Assembly (NCBI GenBank): GCA_030704615.1
Contig: CM060732.1
Span: 13,020,001 to 13,084,000 of the forward strand
Source of the DNA: Takakia lepidozioides
Lineage: Eukaryota; Plantae; Bryophyta
Length of the DNA: 64,000 nucleotides
Direction: 5' to 3'
Shown here piece after piece: positions 13,035 through 24,620 of this stretch. The position numbers and the translations under genes are program-made. Each line of letters opens with the position of its first letter. Positions within the stretch are counted from its first letter, which is position 1. Below the pieces are notes generated by a model. The model saw only the letters and a list, made by a program, of their open reading frames with translations, was not told where the DNA came from and did no database searches.

Positions 13035-15837
13035 TAGTCTTACCTTCCTCTTATTCTGTAAGAGTAGGGAATTAGTAGTTAGGGGCTTCTCTCGTTGACA
13101 CCCTTGTTTTTAAATTTGTTTTAAAAAAAAAAAAAACTGGAAAGGGGCGGACTTGTTCCCAAGTGTGTTATTTGTAAAACAAGTGAGAAATAAAAAATGA
13201 AAGCTTAGGTTTCTCGCAGAGATATATTTCAAAGGATGTAGGGGGATGAGGGTAAACTTTGAGCCTGCCCTTCAATATATATATATATTACAGAAAATAT
13301 TTTTCATTCTCAGATTTAACCCTTGCTCTATGACTGAGATTCCGTCGGACTTAAGATGAATAAAGCTGCTGCTGTAACGTGCATGGCTGTCCCATCTCTG
13401 ATGCTAAGGTATCAATGCCTCTGGTCCCTTTTCTTAAAATGACAAAAGTAAACTGAAAAGAGACAATAATAAATATATGTAAAAAGACCTTTATTTCTTT
13501 ACAATGTGTTATTTTTCCTATATGGGCAATGTAATTTGGAACTCATTCCAAGTTGTTTCGTAATTTTTGGAGTAGTCACGAGTTAGTTATGAATTTTTAC
13601 CTGGTGAGAAGTAGACTCACCCATTGCGTGTCTTGTGGGACCTCATGATCCGACGGATTTGCAATACTTTGATGTTGGAAATGGGGGCCTTCTATAGGTG
13701 ACGGTTTTAGGTGGGGTGTTGGAATTGGTTGAGGTTACCGTAGTGTCACTTCATCCCTGCCTTTCATTGGAAGGTGGACACTTTGAACCCTAGACCACCC
13801 AGGTTATGCACAAGGCACAAACACCCAAATAGTTTAGCAGGTGAAACTGATATAAACATGGTGGTCCGCCACATGTGGCCCAGACAGGGTACGTGTGCTA
13901 GGATGCGCTGCTGATCATATAAGTCTAGGGAATACCAAAAAGGCCGTGCTACACAGATAATTTTCTAAAATATTGTAAGTATTTGGGCCCCCTCAGTTTT
14001 GCAAAATTGAATAAAACTTCAGCTCTCTTTTGGGCCCAGCCACAGAACTTAACACCTTCCCACAAATTTCGAGCATGTTTGGAGTAGAAATTGCCCAAAC
14101 GTTTTTAGATGTAAATCCGATGGGTGGAGATGCACCGACCAGATCTCCTCTGCCCGGGATTCTTCATGGAACCCCAAGAATTCCTTCTCTAAAACAACAC
14201 CCTCATCCAGATGGCCAGCTGGACCCGGAGGTTCTGTGGGAGATGCCATAGCCGTCCTGGCTTACTAGAGGATGGGCAGCCTGGCCCTTGAGTGGCCGTA
14301 TTTTCTTAGGGTCCTTCAGACTTCTACTAATATATTCAGCATTGCATGATAGAATTCATCATAGTTAACCACAGTTAGTTATGGCTGGCTAAAGTTAACC
14401 AGCTATGAACATGCGGTACCCTTCATAAGGTATATTTACATACCTACCCGCCTTATTGTTCCGTCAGCCATAACTAACTTTCCAATGGGTTGCCTAGAGG
14501 AATAGCGTCCGCAGTGCCAATTGGGCTCAAATCCCAGCATGGCACATTTGTTGTTGTTGTAGGAATGTTGTCCGCGTTTATATACCAAGTCCCATGATGG
14601 TAAGTGCGCTCAACTGTATAATAAGTAATCATGTAGATATATTTGTCTAGCACGACCTTTTTGTATTAGGTCAAGTCCCCATGACTGTGAGGCGCCTCTC
14701 ACCAGGGCAGAGTCCGAGGGAAGGGGCAGAAAATCCAGGAAAGACCGAGGGCCAGGATTTTACCAGTTGTAAAGACACCGGTGGTCGGGGCGGGCAGAAT
14801 TCCATCATCTGCGATCTGTAGGGAGAAATTCCTGTTTGGGAAGCCTTGATTTTAAGAGAGCGAAAATTAGGTCAGGGCATTACGGTATCCCCTATACATA
14901 CTCATATGATCAGCAGAGCATCGTAGCACACATACCCTACCTGGGGAGGACCACCATGCACAATCAACGGCAATCCGTTGTAGATTATTTGTGGGATATT
15001 GTGCCGTACCACATTAACAACTGCTGTGTTCCTCCATCTTCATTCATTCATTCATTCGTACATTCTTTCTTCGTAATATTTCTCATATACTCCGGGGTGC
15101 GACGCTGTTTCATGGACGAAATTAGGGTTGTAATATTTCACGTACAATATATCTGTTGTAGAATAATGTGGTAGAAATGGAGTACAGAATATATATGTAT
15201 ATATATAGAGATTTAGAAGTGTAATGAAGTGTGGGGATGGACGATAGAAAGATGGACGTTCTCACATGTTGAAATCTAGGAAAGCCTGACTGATATATTT
15301 GCGCCGTCACCTTTTCCTGACAAGCATTGGAGCGAGAAATGCCAGATCCACGAACTTCGACTAGATTGTTAGCGTACTTGAGACAACCGAGTTAGATCGA
15401 TCCTATCAGTCTCCGCATCAGTGCACTGGGGAGAGAGGGGAGTACTGTAGGGGGGAAGAGGGAGAGGAGGGGAGAGAGATACTCAACTGGCAGCGGATTA
15501 GCAAGGTGGGTATGGGTCTAGTTAATTGGGGATAATTAGGCATCTTCTCGAAAGCTTCTCATTTCGATGGTAGATATTGGTACCGTGCACAGTGCTGTCT
15601 GAGCTGATCAAACTCGAAGAGAAGACTGAAGAGGATTGATCGGACTGCACATTTGCGATAGCTGCGACAATATAGATCTGCCGATAGACTGCATGTTTTG
15701 AGAATCAAACTAGTCTGCACTGTCAAAGACAGTTCCCCTTATCCCACTTAAAGGCGTTTTAGAAAATCCATTGCTTGGTCATACTGAAATTTAGTTGAGG
15801 ATAAATTCTAGTGACATCACAGCCGATTTAACCTTGA

Positions 15838-17891
15838 ATGTTAGTGATGACCTCCCAGCAGCTACAGATTCCACCACTTCATTCCGCAGCCACCTTGTCT
15901 CAAACGGAGGAAGAGAAGGCTCTAGTTGCGAGAGGATATGTGGCCTGCAGGCGATGCACCATCAAATGCTATAGAACGCATAGAGGTTCGCCGAAGGCAT
16001 CAGAGAGGAAACTGTGCATTGGTCACTCCACAATCGCACTTGTGGATCCAACCCTATTGCCACAGCGAGCTCCTTACTTTATGAAGACAGTGATGCCTAC
16101 GACTGTCAGACCACGGAATAGTGAGTTGGTATGCCCTCCATCAACTTGACTTCCCCTTGTGATTGATGTAGTCATCACAAAATTCTCCGGGGGATTATGA
16201 ACATAGGTTCGGGCGACGGTATCCCAGGTATGCTCCCCTCAAAAGTGTATCGTATACATCCGTGAGGATCGCTGCAGCTCCTGTACGGAATACTGTGTTA
16301 ACGTCCACGTGTGGAACCATATAAACACTAGTGGCGATCGGGAGTTCACTTGCTGCCGTGCCCATCCAAGCTCATGCTAGAGCTCATGGCATCACGTTAC
16401 GCAGAAAGCAGTGTAGGCTTATATGATTCTGCAACTTGCAGTGACTTCGTGCGTGATCTTCTGCACATTCATATCTGTCACCTAGTAGGAACACAATGTT
16501 CACAATTATAATCCAAAATTCTATGTCGTACGGTCGATCAAATGGAAGTACACTACCTGATTTTATCAAATGTCCATGTACACAAGTATCTGAGAGGAAG
16601 CTATTTGGTCACTGATCTAAGTCTACTGAATTTTCATACGTAGTGTTTCCAATGAGTTGCAAGTCTTGATAATTATATATTGTATATGCTAGCTAGCCAA
16701 AGTTGGTAGTTTCGACAAACAGTGTACTTCAAACATGTTCTCAAGTCCAGAATTGATGAGCTCTTCAGATCCAAATGCAACCTCGTGTGTCTTCTGAATT
16801 TTGACTTGCTCGATTTCGGATGTCTCCAGCATATACCAGCCTTTTTCTTTAGGCTCCACGGTGACAAGTTCCAGAAGTTCGTTCTTCTTCGGGGACCAAG
16901 CGGCCAAGTATGGCCTGTGAATGTGTGTGTTAGCTGTGGCAGCACCGGCAGGCACACGGTGAGATTCTCACGAGGTTGGAGAGCCTTTGCAACTGACCTG
17001 GGTATGGAGGTGGGAGACCAGCTCATTTTCACTCTCTATGGGTTCTCGCGCTTCGCGGTTCAAGTGATGGAAAAGACAGGCAGGGAGAGAGGGAGCGCTC
17101 TCACTGCAAGAAGTGGTTGGAGCTTCAGGGCTGAAAAGGGGGAGGAGAGAGCTGAGGCACTGTCTATTACTTCTCGAGAAAGGAAGATGTTCTATATCGA
17201 TTGGAAGGGAAAAGTGGTCAGTGAGAGCGCCCCGACAAGCCAAAAGTCGGAGTGCGACGAGATATCCAGGATGTTGAGTTCTACGACGGCTAAGGGGAAC
17301 GGACAGAACTTGGTTCGGGATCAAGTTTTGGACGAAGAGCCAATGTCCGTTAGAATGACTTGTAGTTCCGATCTTGAAACCAACCCAGAAACATCTCGCA
17401 CTCGTCCTCGTTTGCTGGAGAATCGAAAAGTATCCGGTGTAAGAAAACGTTTTCTGTCATCCAGTCGCTGCGCCTTTGTTAAAGACAAGGAGCGCATTAC
17501 CCCTCGTAATATTCTGGACTGGATTATCAAATGGGAGCTCAAGGAGAAGACCATGGCTCAGGCAAGGCTCTGGGCCCAGGCTGAGCTCAACAGGCAGACA
17601 GATGAAACCAATACAGCGGATTTGTTGAGGAACACCGGAACTGTAGATAGCCCAATCGTTCTCAGTGATGCCACCGACCTCCCCTTGAATTCTTCCCGAA
17701 GTCTCAGCCTTGGGCCGGCGGCTCCAAAAAGCAACTCACTGTACAAGGAATGCGTCGATCCTGATGGCCGCCCCGTCTTAGAGATTCTTGATAGCGAGAA
17801 TGAAGAGGAAGAACCAGAGTATATGGATGACCGGGGTGGCAACTGGCCGACATGGATGGATATATTTACTCACAAATCTAGTACAAACTGA
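15838..17891 (+). CDS. B3-domain (REM-like) DNA-binding protein; probable exons 15838-15985 and 16723-17891
   Basis: B3 motif IPAFF...VLLRGPSGQVWPV...FSRGWRAFATDLGMEVGDQLIFTLYGFSRFAVQV in ORF 16722-17891; upstream ORF has CRRCTIKCYRTH, like the Cys/His lead-in of some REM proteins; GT at 15986 and AG at 16721-22 are phase-compatible. Exon 1 is inferred. Confidence 0.82.
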
Positions 17892-19078
17892 AGGAAGCCA
17901 ACCTCCATAATAACCAGAAGGAAATTTGCTGACTCAGGAATAGAGTGTCAATCACAAAGAAGGGCAATAGACTGTGCATCTTATCTCTAGAGGGCCTGGG
18001 AAGGCAGAAGTATGTAGTTTCAGGCACTCTACTTTGAGATTTTTTTGTCGATTTGAAGGGCATTTTGGTGGCCATCTCAAATCTCGCCTTTCACATTTGC
18101 ATGCCAAAAAGCATTTGGATACTTTCATCTGGTGGGTATATATATTTAACATTTTCAAGGACATATTTCCTTTGAGATCTGTAGGTGGAAGGGCATATAC
18201 CTTTATGTGTGAAAGCCACCTTTCCAAACTCGACATGGATTAGAATCCGTCTTAAAATTACAGCCTTGGAACTTTCAGGCTGCTTCAGCTATGTCGCATG
18301 TTGCATCTCTTTAGCTTGTGCATTGATCATAGGTAAAAGGAATAAACCATCGATCAAGCTGAGGCCATGGCACAGTGATGACTGTCCAGGCCTCTCTGTC
18401 TGGGAAGTCATGTTTCCTCTCTGTTGCTTCAAGCTTTTCTGCAAGGCAAGATGTGCGTGGCAACAGGTCTGAATGTACCCTTGTTCTGTCATGTGCTGTG
18501 TCATCCTTTGAATTTGTCAGATCACGCTGTTGCATTTTGGGGTATGCAGACCATCCCCTTCCCCCAAACAGCAGTAGAAAACTCAATGGTAGACAAGGAA
18601 AAAACTCTGCTTCTGAAAGCCTTCAGGCCCTCCAACCCAGAGGCACTAGACAGCGCTTGACGCCAACCCATCTTACATACTAACCATCTGATAGCATCTC
18701 AGCTTCTCCCACTATTACAGGTAGCTGCAGGCGATTTGCAATGGACATAAAACAGACACAATCCAACCTCCATGTCAAACAGGAAAGTCCCATCACTATT
18801 AAAACAATCCTCTCCATGACACAGCCATTGACTTTCTAAGAATGATTGCTGGGGGCCCTGGCAAACCATGACTGAAAAAAAGGCAACTTTGCATGTGACA
18901 TAACCCAAAGGAGAAATAGGAAGGAAAGGCAGCAAACAAATACACAGAAAAAATGACTTCAATTGGAGTCATTAGATTTGATTTGTAAAGCTCTCCACCA
19001 AATATTGAGGATGATTAGGGACTATACATGTGAGAGCAAGAACTGCCTCATCGCAACCCTTAGGACAGCTAATGTGCA

Positions 19079-19522
19079 TCAGATGTACCTCACAAAGGAG
19101 GGGAGGTCATTGCGCATCTCCGCCAAGCAGTCAAATATTCGTTCCATTTGCCTTTCTACAGGGAGCCCTATCAGCCCCTTCATCTGCACCACACTCCAGC
19201 CTGTCCCCTTTTTAAACCAATATCCTCTACCTCTGGATCATTTTCTGTACATATGTTGGATGGCAGACAAATGAGATAAAGACAGCCATTTGCTCTCTTG
19301 AAATGGGGGGATATGGAGACAAAAGAAAGAGATGTACCTCAATGTGATCACTTTCATAGGTCAGGGAGGCACGAAGAGAGTCTGAAGTTTTAGCACAGGT
19401 CAGCATGTCAAAATTTCAAGCTCCATGCTGGTTTCCATTACAACTGTCTTGCCCCTTGTCCGAATACGATGAATACCAAGGTCCGCTGCTATCCGTTTCA
19501 CATACATGGTCTTCAATAACAT
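19079..19522 (-). CDS. mfd: Last two exons of a plant Mfd/TRCF (transcription-repair coupling factor-like, At3g02060-type) helicase: 19522-19338 and 19183-19079
   Basis: Manual translation: MLLKTMYVKRIAADLGIHRIRTRGKTVVMETSM...TSDSLRASLTYESDHIE / MKGLIGLPVERQMERIFDCLAEMRNDLPSFVRYI*, matching the recalled C-terminus of plant Mfd (LYVRRMAADLG...GKMVVMKTNM...CLSELHASLPALIKY*); canonical AG/GT sites; one 1-bp frameshift in a T-run near 19412. Confidence 0.8.
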
Positions 19523-19744
19523 CTGACAACCACGGATGAATACCTGAGTGTGAGAGTGAGAATATCAGCAACAACAGTCATACATTAGTCTACCAGGCAG
19601 GAGATACAAGTAGCAAGCCATTCGCCAACCATTCACTTTGGAGGCCTTCTCACTGGCTCTGATTCATCAGAATACCGTAGCCTCATATTTAAAAGGAAAA
19701 CAAACATAAATTGAAATAAAAACAAGTAAATAAACTGACGGATC

Positions 19745-22700
19745 TTTTTTTTTTTTTTTTTTTTGGCACAAGGGGGAGCAGGGGCCCTTTTAATCAAATT
19801 AAATGAAACAAAGGTTCACATTAAGGTGGAAAAAATAACCACCAGGGAGGCCGTAGAGGCTCCCTGAGGGGGAACTTCCCCCTGACCAAGCATACTAGCT
19901 AAGAGCAAATGAAGCGGAGGAGCTGGAAAAAGATGTGTGCAACTAGTGCATGAGGAGAGATAAAGCACGTGAGCCTAAAGAGCAAGGCTGATAAGCAGCC
20001 AAGGAGAAAGATAACACTGAGAACAGCTGCCTGGTGGCAAAAGTAGTACCCAAGTCTGGAGCAGGGAGAAGTTTGAGAAAAGATTCTTGAGCTACATGCT
20101 AAAAACGCAATTGAGTCCTAGACTTGGCAACTCGAGGCTTCTTGTGCCTCCAGTTGAAGTCCACATCGTCCCCATCACCAGGGGATATCCCATGAATTGG
20201 GAGTGGAGACTTTCCAGCAGTACCGCATGTTGGGAAGACACGTTCCGAGAATGTCATTTTTACCCCAGGACTGTTGAAAGCTATTGATGAGCTGCCTGCC
20301 ACGTTGTTCTGAAGATCTGGAAACAGCTGCACACAACATATCCCAAGCCTTCCTTCCCTCAGTAAGCAAGTCTTGATAAATGCAAAAAAGCACATACCTG
20401 CCCCTGGGGGGTGTCCCTTAAAACACAAGAGCACATCTAACCTTCCAGAGGTTCCATAAGGTTAAAGCTCTTAGACTTGCCCACACAGGGCAAACAGATG
20501 GCACGTGAGCAGGCAAGAAATTCAAGAGCAGAAGAGAGGAGGGGGCTGGGGATGGAAAAGACTCCCAACATGAGTAAAAGTGTAACACAGCTCTCCAAAC
20601 TCTAGCAGGGAAGGGGCAGTCTGCCAGGCAGTGCTCGATGGACTCAGGGTGTGACATGCACAAACCGCAAGTAGCATTGTTGAATAAGGTCTTGGCATTG
20701 ACAGGCAAGATTCTATGAGCCAGCTTCCACAAGAAGCCTAAGATTTTGGTAGCCCTTTGTTTTTTCCATATATCTTTCCACACCGAGTCCCAATTGGCTG
20801 ATGACAGATTCAAATGCCCCCACTTTTCGGACCACCTAGAGAAGAAGGTTGTCATGGGTCTCAACAACTAGTAACCTAACTTCACTGAATAAGCAAAGAA
20901 AGGGGAGTGGTGTTCATCCTTCCAGCTCCATTCCCCGGGGTCGAACTGTAAAGCAGCCAATAGATAGCGTAGAAACCAAGTGAAACTGGAGTGCAAGGCC
21001 CATTGCAATTCCCCCCCCTGCGGTGGGGCTGGGTTGGCATTTCCTTTGTCATCAAGCACCCTTATGGGGTACAGAAATTGCTTGTGCAAATCCGCATAGC
21101 CTGTCAGCTGCAGGTTGCCCTCACAGTCTGAAATGAACTGAATTCCAGAGGCTATTTGATCATTCATAGAAAGGACCAGCATGACAGTACCACTCCGTTG
21201 GTTGTTGCAGCTGTCCAAGTTGGCAAGTCACCTCCATTTCTTAGCAGGTCAGTTATGGAATTTGGCACATCTGCAGAAGAGAAGGCCATGCAGCAGCTCG
21301 TCTGGCCCCTACACTCTGTGTCACTGCAGCTGGAGATAGGTAAGTGCCCTGTTCCCAAGTATTGTCAGATAACTAAGACCTTAGTGCTCCCAGAAGACCC
21401 ACTTTGTTCTCTGTAGGGACAGTGTTTGCGAGTTGAAAACCTTGTTCCAAAACAGAGGTTGTCGCCAGGCCTCTGCAAAGTTTGCTGGTGGTCTTTGCGT
21501 AAGCTTGTCCCTAAGAGACTGCCAAGCAGCCCATATGGATTGCCATGGGCGGGATCCCAAGTGCACATTCACATTTTTCCCTTGAACAATCCAGCGAAGT
21601 GAATCTGCCCACAAGTGGGATGAAGAGGGTTTGGCACCCATCAAGTAAGGCTGGATCAATTTACTCCATGGGCTGTGACGGTGCGTAATGGCCCTAGGGA
21701 TCCACTTGGCTAAAAGAGCCTTGATGTGTGCCACTGGATCCAAAATTGCAAGCCCCCCTTTCTTTTTTGGTTGGCAGAGTTGCTCCCAAGAAAGCATAGC
21801 CCGTCTTACCGGAGTTTGCACTGTTGCGCCCCAGATAAAATTCCGAATAAGAGCTTTTATCTCTTTCACCATAGAGGTACCTGGGTCCCACACTGCTGCA
21901 GAGAACCAACAAGAGGCCAGTAGAACCTGGTTTGCCACCAGTGCCCATCCAGCAATTGAGAGCATGGAGGAGCTCCAATGGGCAAGAGATCTTTTCAATC
22001 TGGAAAGTACGTTCTGCATTCTGCTCTGTTGGGACACATTAATTCCAACCTGATGGCCCAGCAGCGTGTGGGATTCCCCTTCCTGAAGCCATTGGAGGCC
22101 AATGTCTTCCCCCCAAGCAGCACAGTGAGCAGAGGAAGCTTGACTCTGCAACACCAAGAGAAGTCCCACCGACTTTCCCCAATTGATTTTCAAGCCAGAG
22201 CCAAGACAAAAAATGTGCAGGGCTTGAAGTGCATGATCAATGTTGTCCCGGGATGAATTGTCCAGCAGTAAGGAGGAATCATCAGCATACATTGACAGCT
22301 TCACCATTTCCGGCAGGAAGGTAGGTAAATGAAGGCCACAATGTCTTGCCTGGCTTCAAACAAGTGCCCAAGAGAATCTGCCACAATGAGAAAGAAGAAA
22401 GGTGCCAAAGGGCACCCTTGTCTCACCGACCTAGTAATAGGGAAGGATTGGGAGATAACAACATTCACCATTACCTTACTAGAGGCAGACTGAAGAAGGA
22501 TCCTTACCCAAGACAAGAACTGACCACCTAAACCTGTTTTTTCCAAAGCAGCGAGGAGGAAGGTCCAGTCAATAGAGTCAAAAGCTTTTTCAAAATCCAA
22601 CATCAAGAAAGCAAGAGGCCGATTGTTCAGATTTGCCCGGTGAAGCGCTTCATGGGCCAACAGGATGTTATCCAAGATCATACGGTCTTTAAGAGAACCG

Positions 22701-23900
22701 GTCTGCTCTTTTCTGATGATCTGAGGCAGCAAGGGCTGGATTCTCAAAGCAAGCGCCTTGGCTATAATCTTGTATGTAGAGTTGAGTAGGGTGATAGGTC
22801 GGTAATTGGTTACGTTGTCCCTCTCCCCCTTTTTGTAGATGAGAGTGATAAGGCTTTCGGAGATCTGAGAGGGCATCACCTGCTTCTGGAGGATGTCGTT
22901 GGCCATACCCAGAAAGTCATCTCCAAGAGTTCCCCACAAAGATTTGAAAAGCTCAATGGGCAGACCATTCTGGGCTTTTAAGGGATGTCAGGGCATCTAC
23001 TGCCTTACCCGGCTCAGACTCAGTAAAGGGTTTTGCTAACTTGGATTTATTTGCAGCAGATAGGGCACAGGGTATATTTCTCAAGAGATCAGCATTTATT
23101 GCTTCGTTTATCTCTGGAGTGTGCTTTTTTTTTTCAAAGAGTTGTTTGAAGAAGCCTGCTGCAATGGTGGCCATCTTCTTCGGGACAACACTTGGAATGC
23201 CAGCATCATCACGTAAAGAGGGGATCAAAGTAGAAGCATGACGCTGAGTAGCTTTAGCAAAGAAATATTTAGACATTTTTTCCCCCTTCAGCAACCAATT
23301 TACCCCTGCCTTGACCCCTACTGAACTGCTCCCTGGAATGTAACAACAAAGAGAGATTCTTCTTGGCTGTTTTGTATTTCTGGTAGGGAAGTCAAGTAAG
23401 TGGCAGGGAGGTAAGGAATGGCGATGACCCTCGGTTTCCACATCACACCCTCTTTGTGACCCCAATCGTGGATCCAGGGGAAGATGAAGACCTTGACCGC
23501 AGACATCTGCGTGTTGAATTTAAGAGCCAGCTCTGCTTCCTCCGATGAACTGAAAAGGGCCAAATAGAAACCTCTACCCATGGAGAGGCAATAGTGATGG
23601 GGAAGACCTCCCTCCGCTCCGAGGTGCTCCACTATCCAAGTGCGTACCGAATTCCTGGATTTAAGTTTCCCAGGGAAATAGATGAGGATCCCTCTTTGCG
23701 TGAGTTTTTCCATCTGTGTTTTGAGTTTTCCCTTGTCCAATTGCAGAACTGGCTGATTGGTGACCATCTGGGGTATAGAGTCGTCCCATAATGCATCCTT
23801 TGCCCTAGGAGATTGCACGTATGTGGATGGGCTTGGGCCTTTGCCCAAAATGGAATCGCTCGAACCGTTGGAAGTCAGATAATTTTTAACAATCTATTTT
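19745..23900 (-). mobile_element. L1-clade LINE, frameshifted, endonuclease domain missing
   Basis: Poly(A) tail seen as T-run 19745-19764; ORF1 DUF4283-like 23848-23330; RT 22939-22200 (YRPITLLN...LDFEKAFD...RQGCPLAP...YADD); zf-RVT 20867-20418 (FLWKLAHRILP...CGLC...ESIEHCLADC). Confidence 0.93.
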
Positions 23901-24620
23901 GTCTTCCCTCCGCTTACCGCCAGAGCAGAACCAGGTCGTCTTGCAGAGCCTCCTCTGCTTCCGCGTCTACTTGAAGTTCCCCTAGTGCTCATTGTCCTAG
24001 CTTGGAGGTGGGGAAATGAGAAAAGCCCTGCATGGAACAGGCACTTCACAAATGGAGACAAGAGATGGCAGCAATTGAAGACGGAAGAGAGAGGAGAAAT
24101 GCCGGCTTGAGATGGTTGCAGGCTCTTCCAGCAGGAAGCAAACTTAAACTAGAGATAAAACACCAGATAGGTTGTGAGAGAAATGGAGCCACAACATATC
24201 AATGCGGGCTGGGAGAGAAGGCAAGCAAGAAACCGAGCTGTATGCAATTCAAGAGGAATGGCTGGAGTGAACACTTCCCTCCACTTCACCGTCATAATGA
24301 GAGAAGGCGCATTATGGAACGCAGGAGAGACTATGCGGCGCTTTCAATTTCAGTGCATTAGGCTTTCACGCTGCGCAAGGATGGAGGTTCGCAGACCTTA
24401 GCTGGAGTCGAGAGAAGCTAAAAGGAGTCCATCAGCTGGAAAAGGAAAGGCTGTGCTTGCAGGGGGCCATAGCTGCCAAAGGAGCAGTCTTGGGGAGTTG
24501 TGCCGCAGCCTAAGGAAAGGCGGCCCATCAATGCATAGGGGAGATGGAGCAGCTATGATGAAAGGGGAGAAAACCAAGGGAGGTAGAGAAAGGAGAGAAG
24601 TGGGGGGATGAAGAAAATTT

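Noticed and set aside
14373-14560. 15-bp inverted repeat (14373-14387/14465-14479) and a tRNA-like SINE head
   Set aside because: No TSD found and Pol III boxes too degenerate to call.
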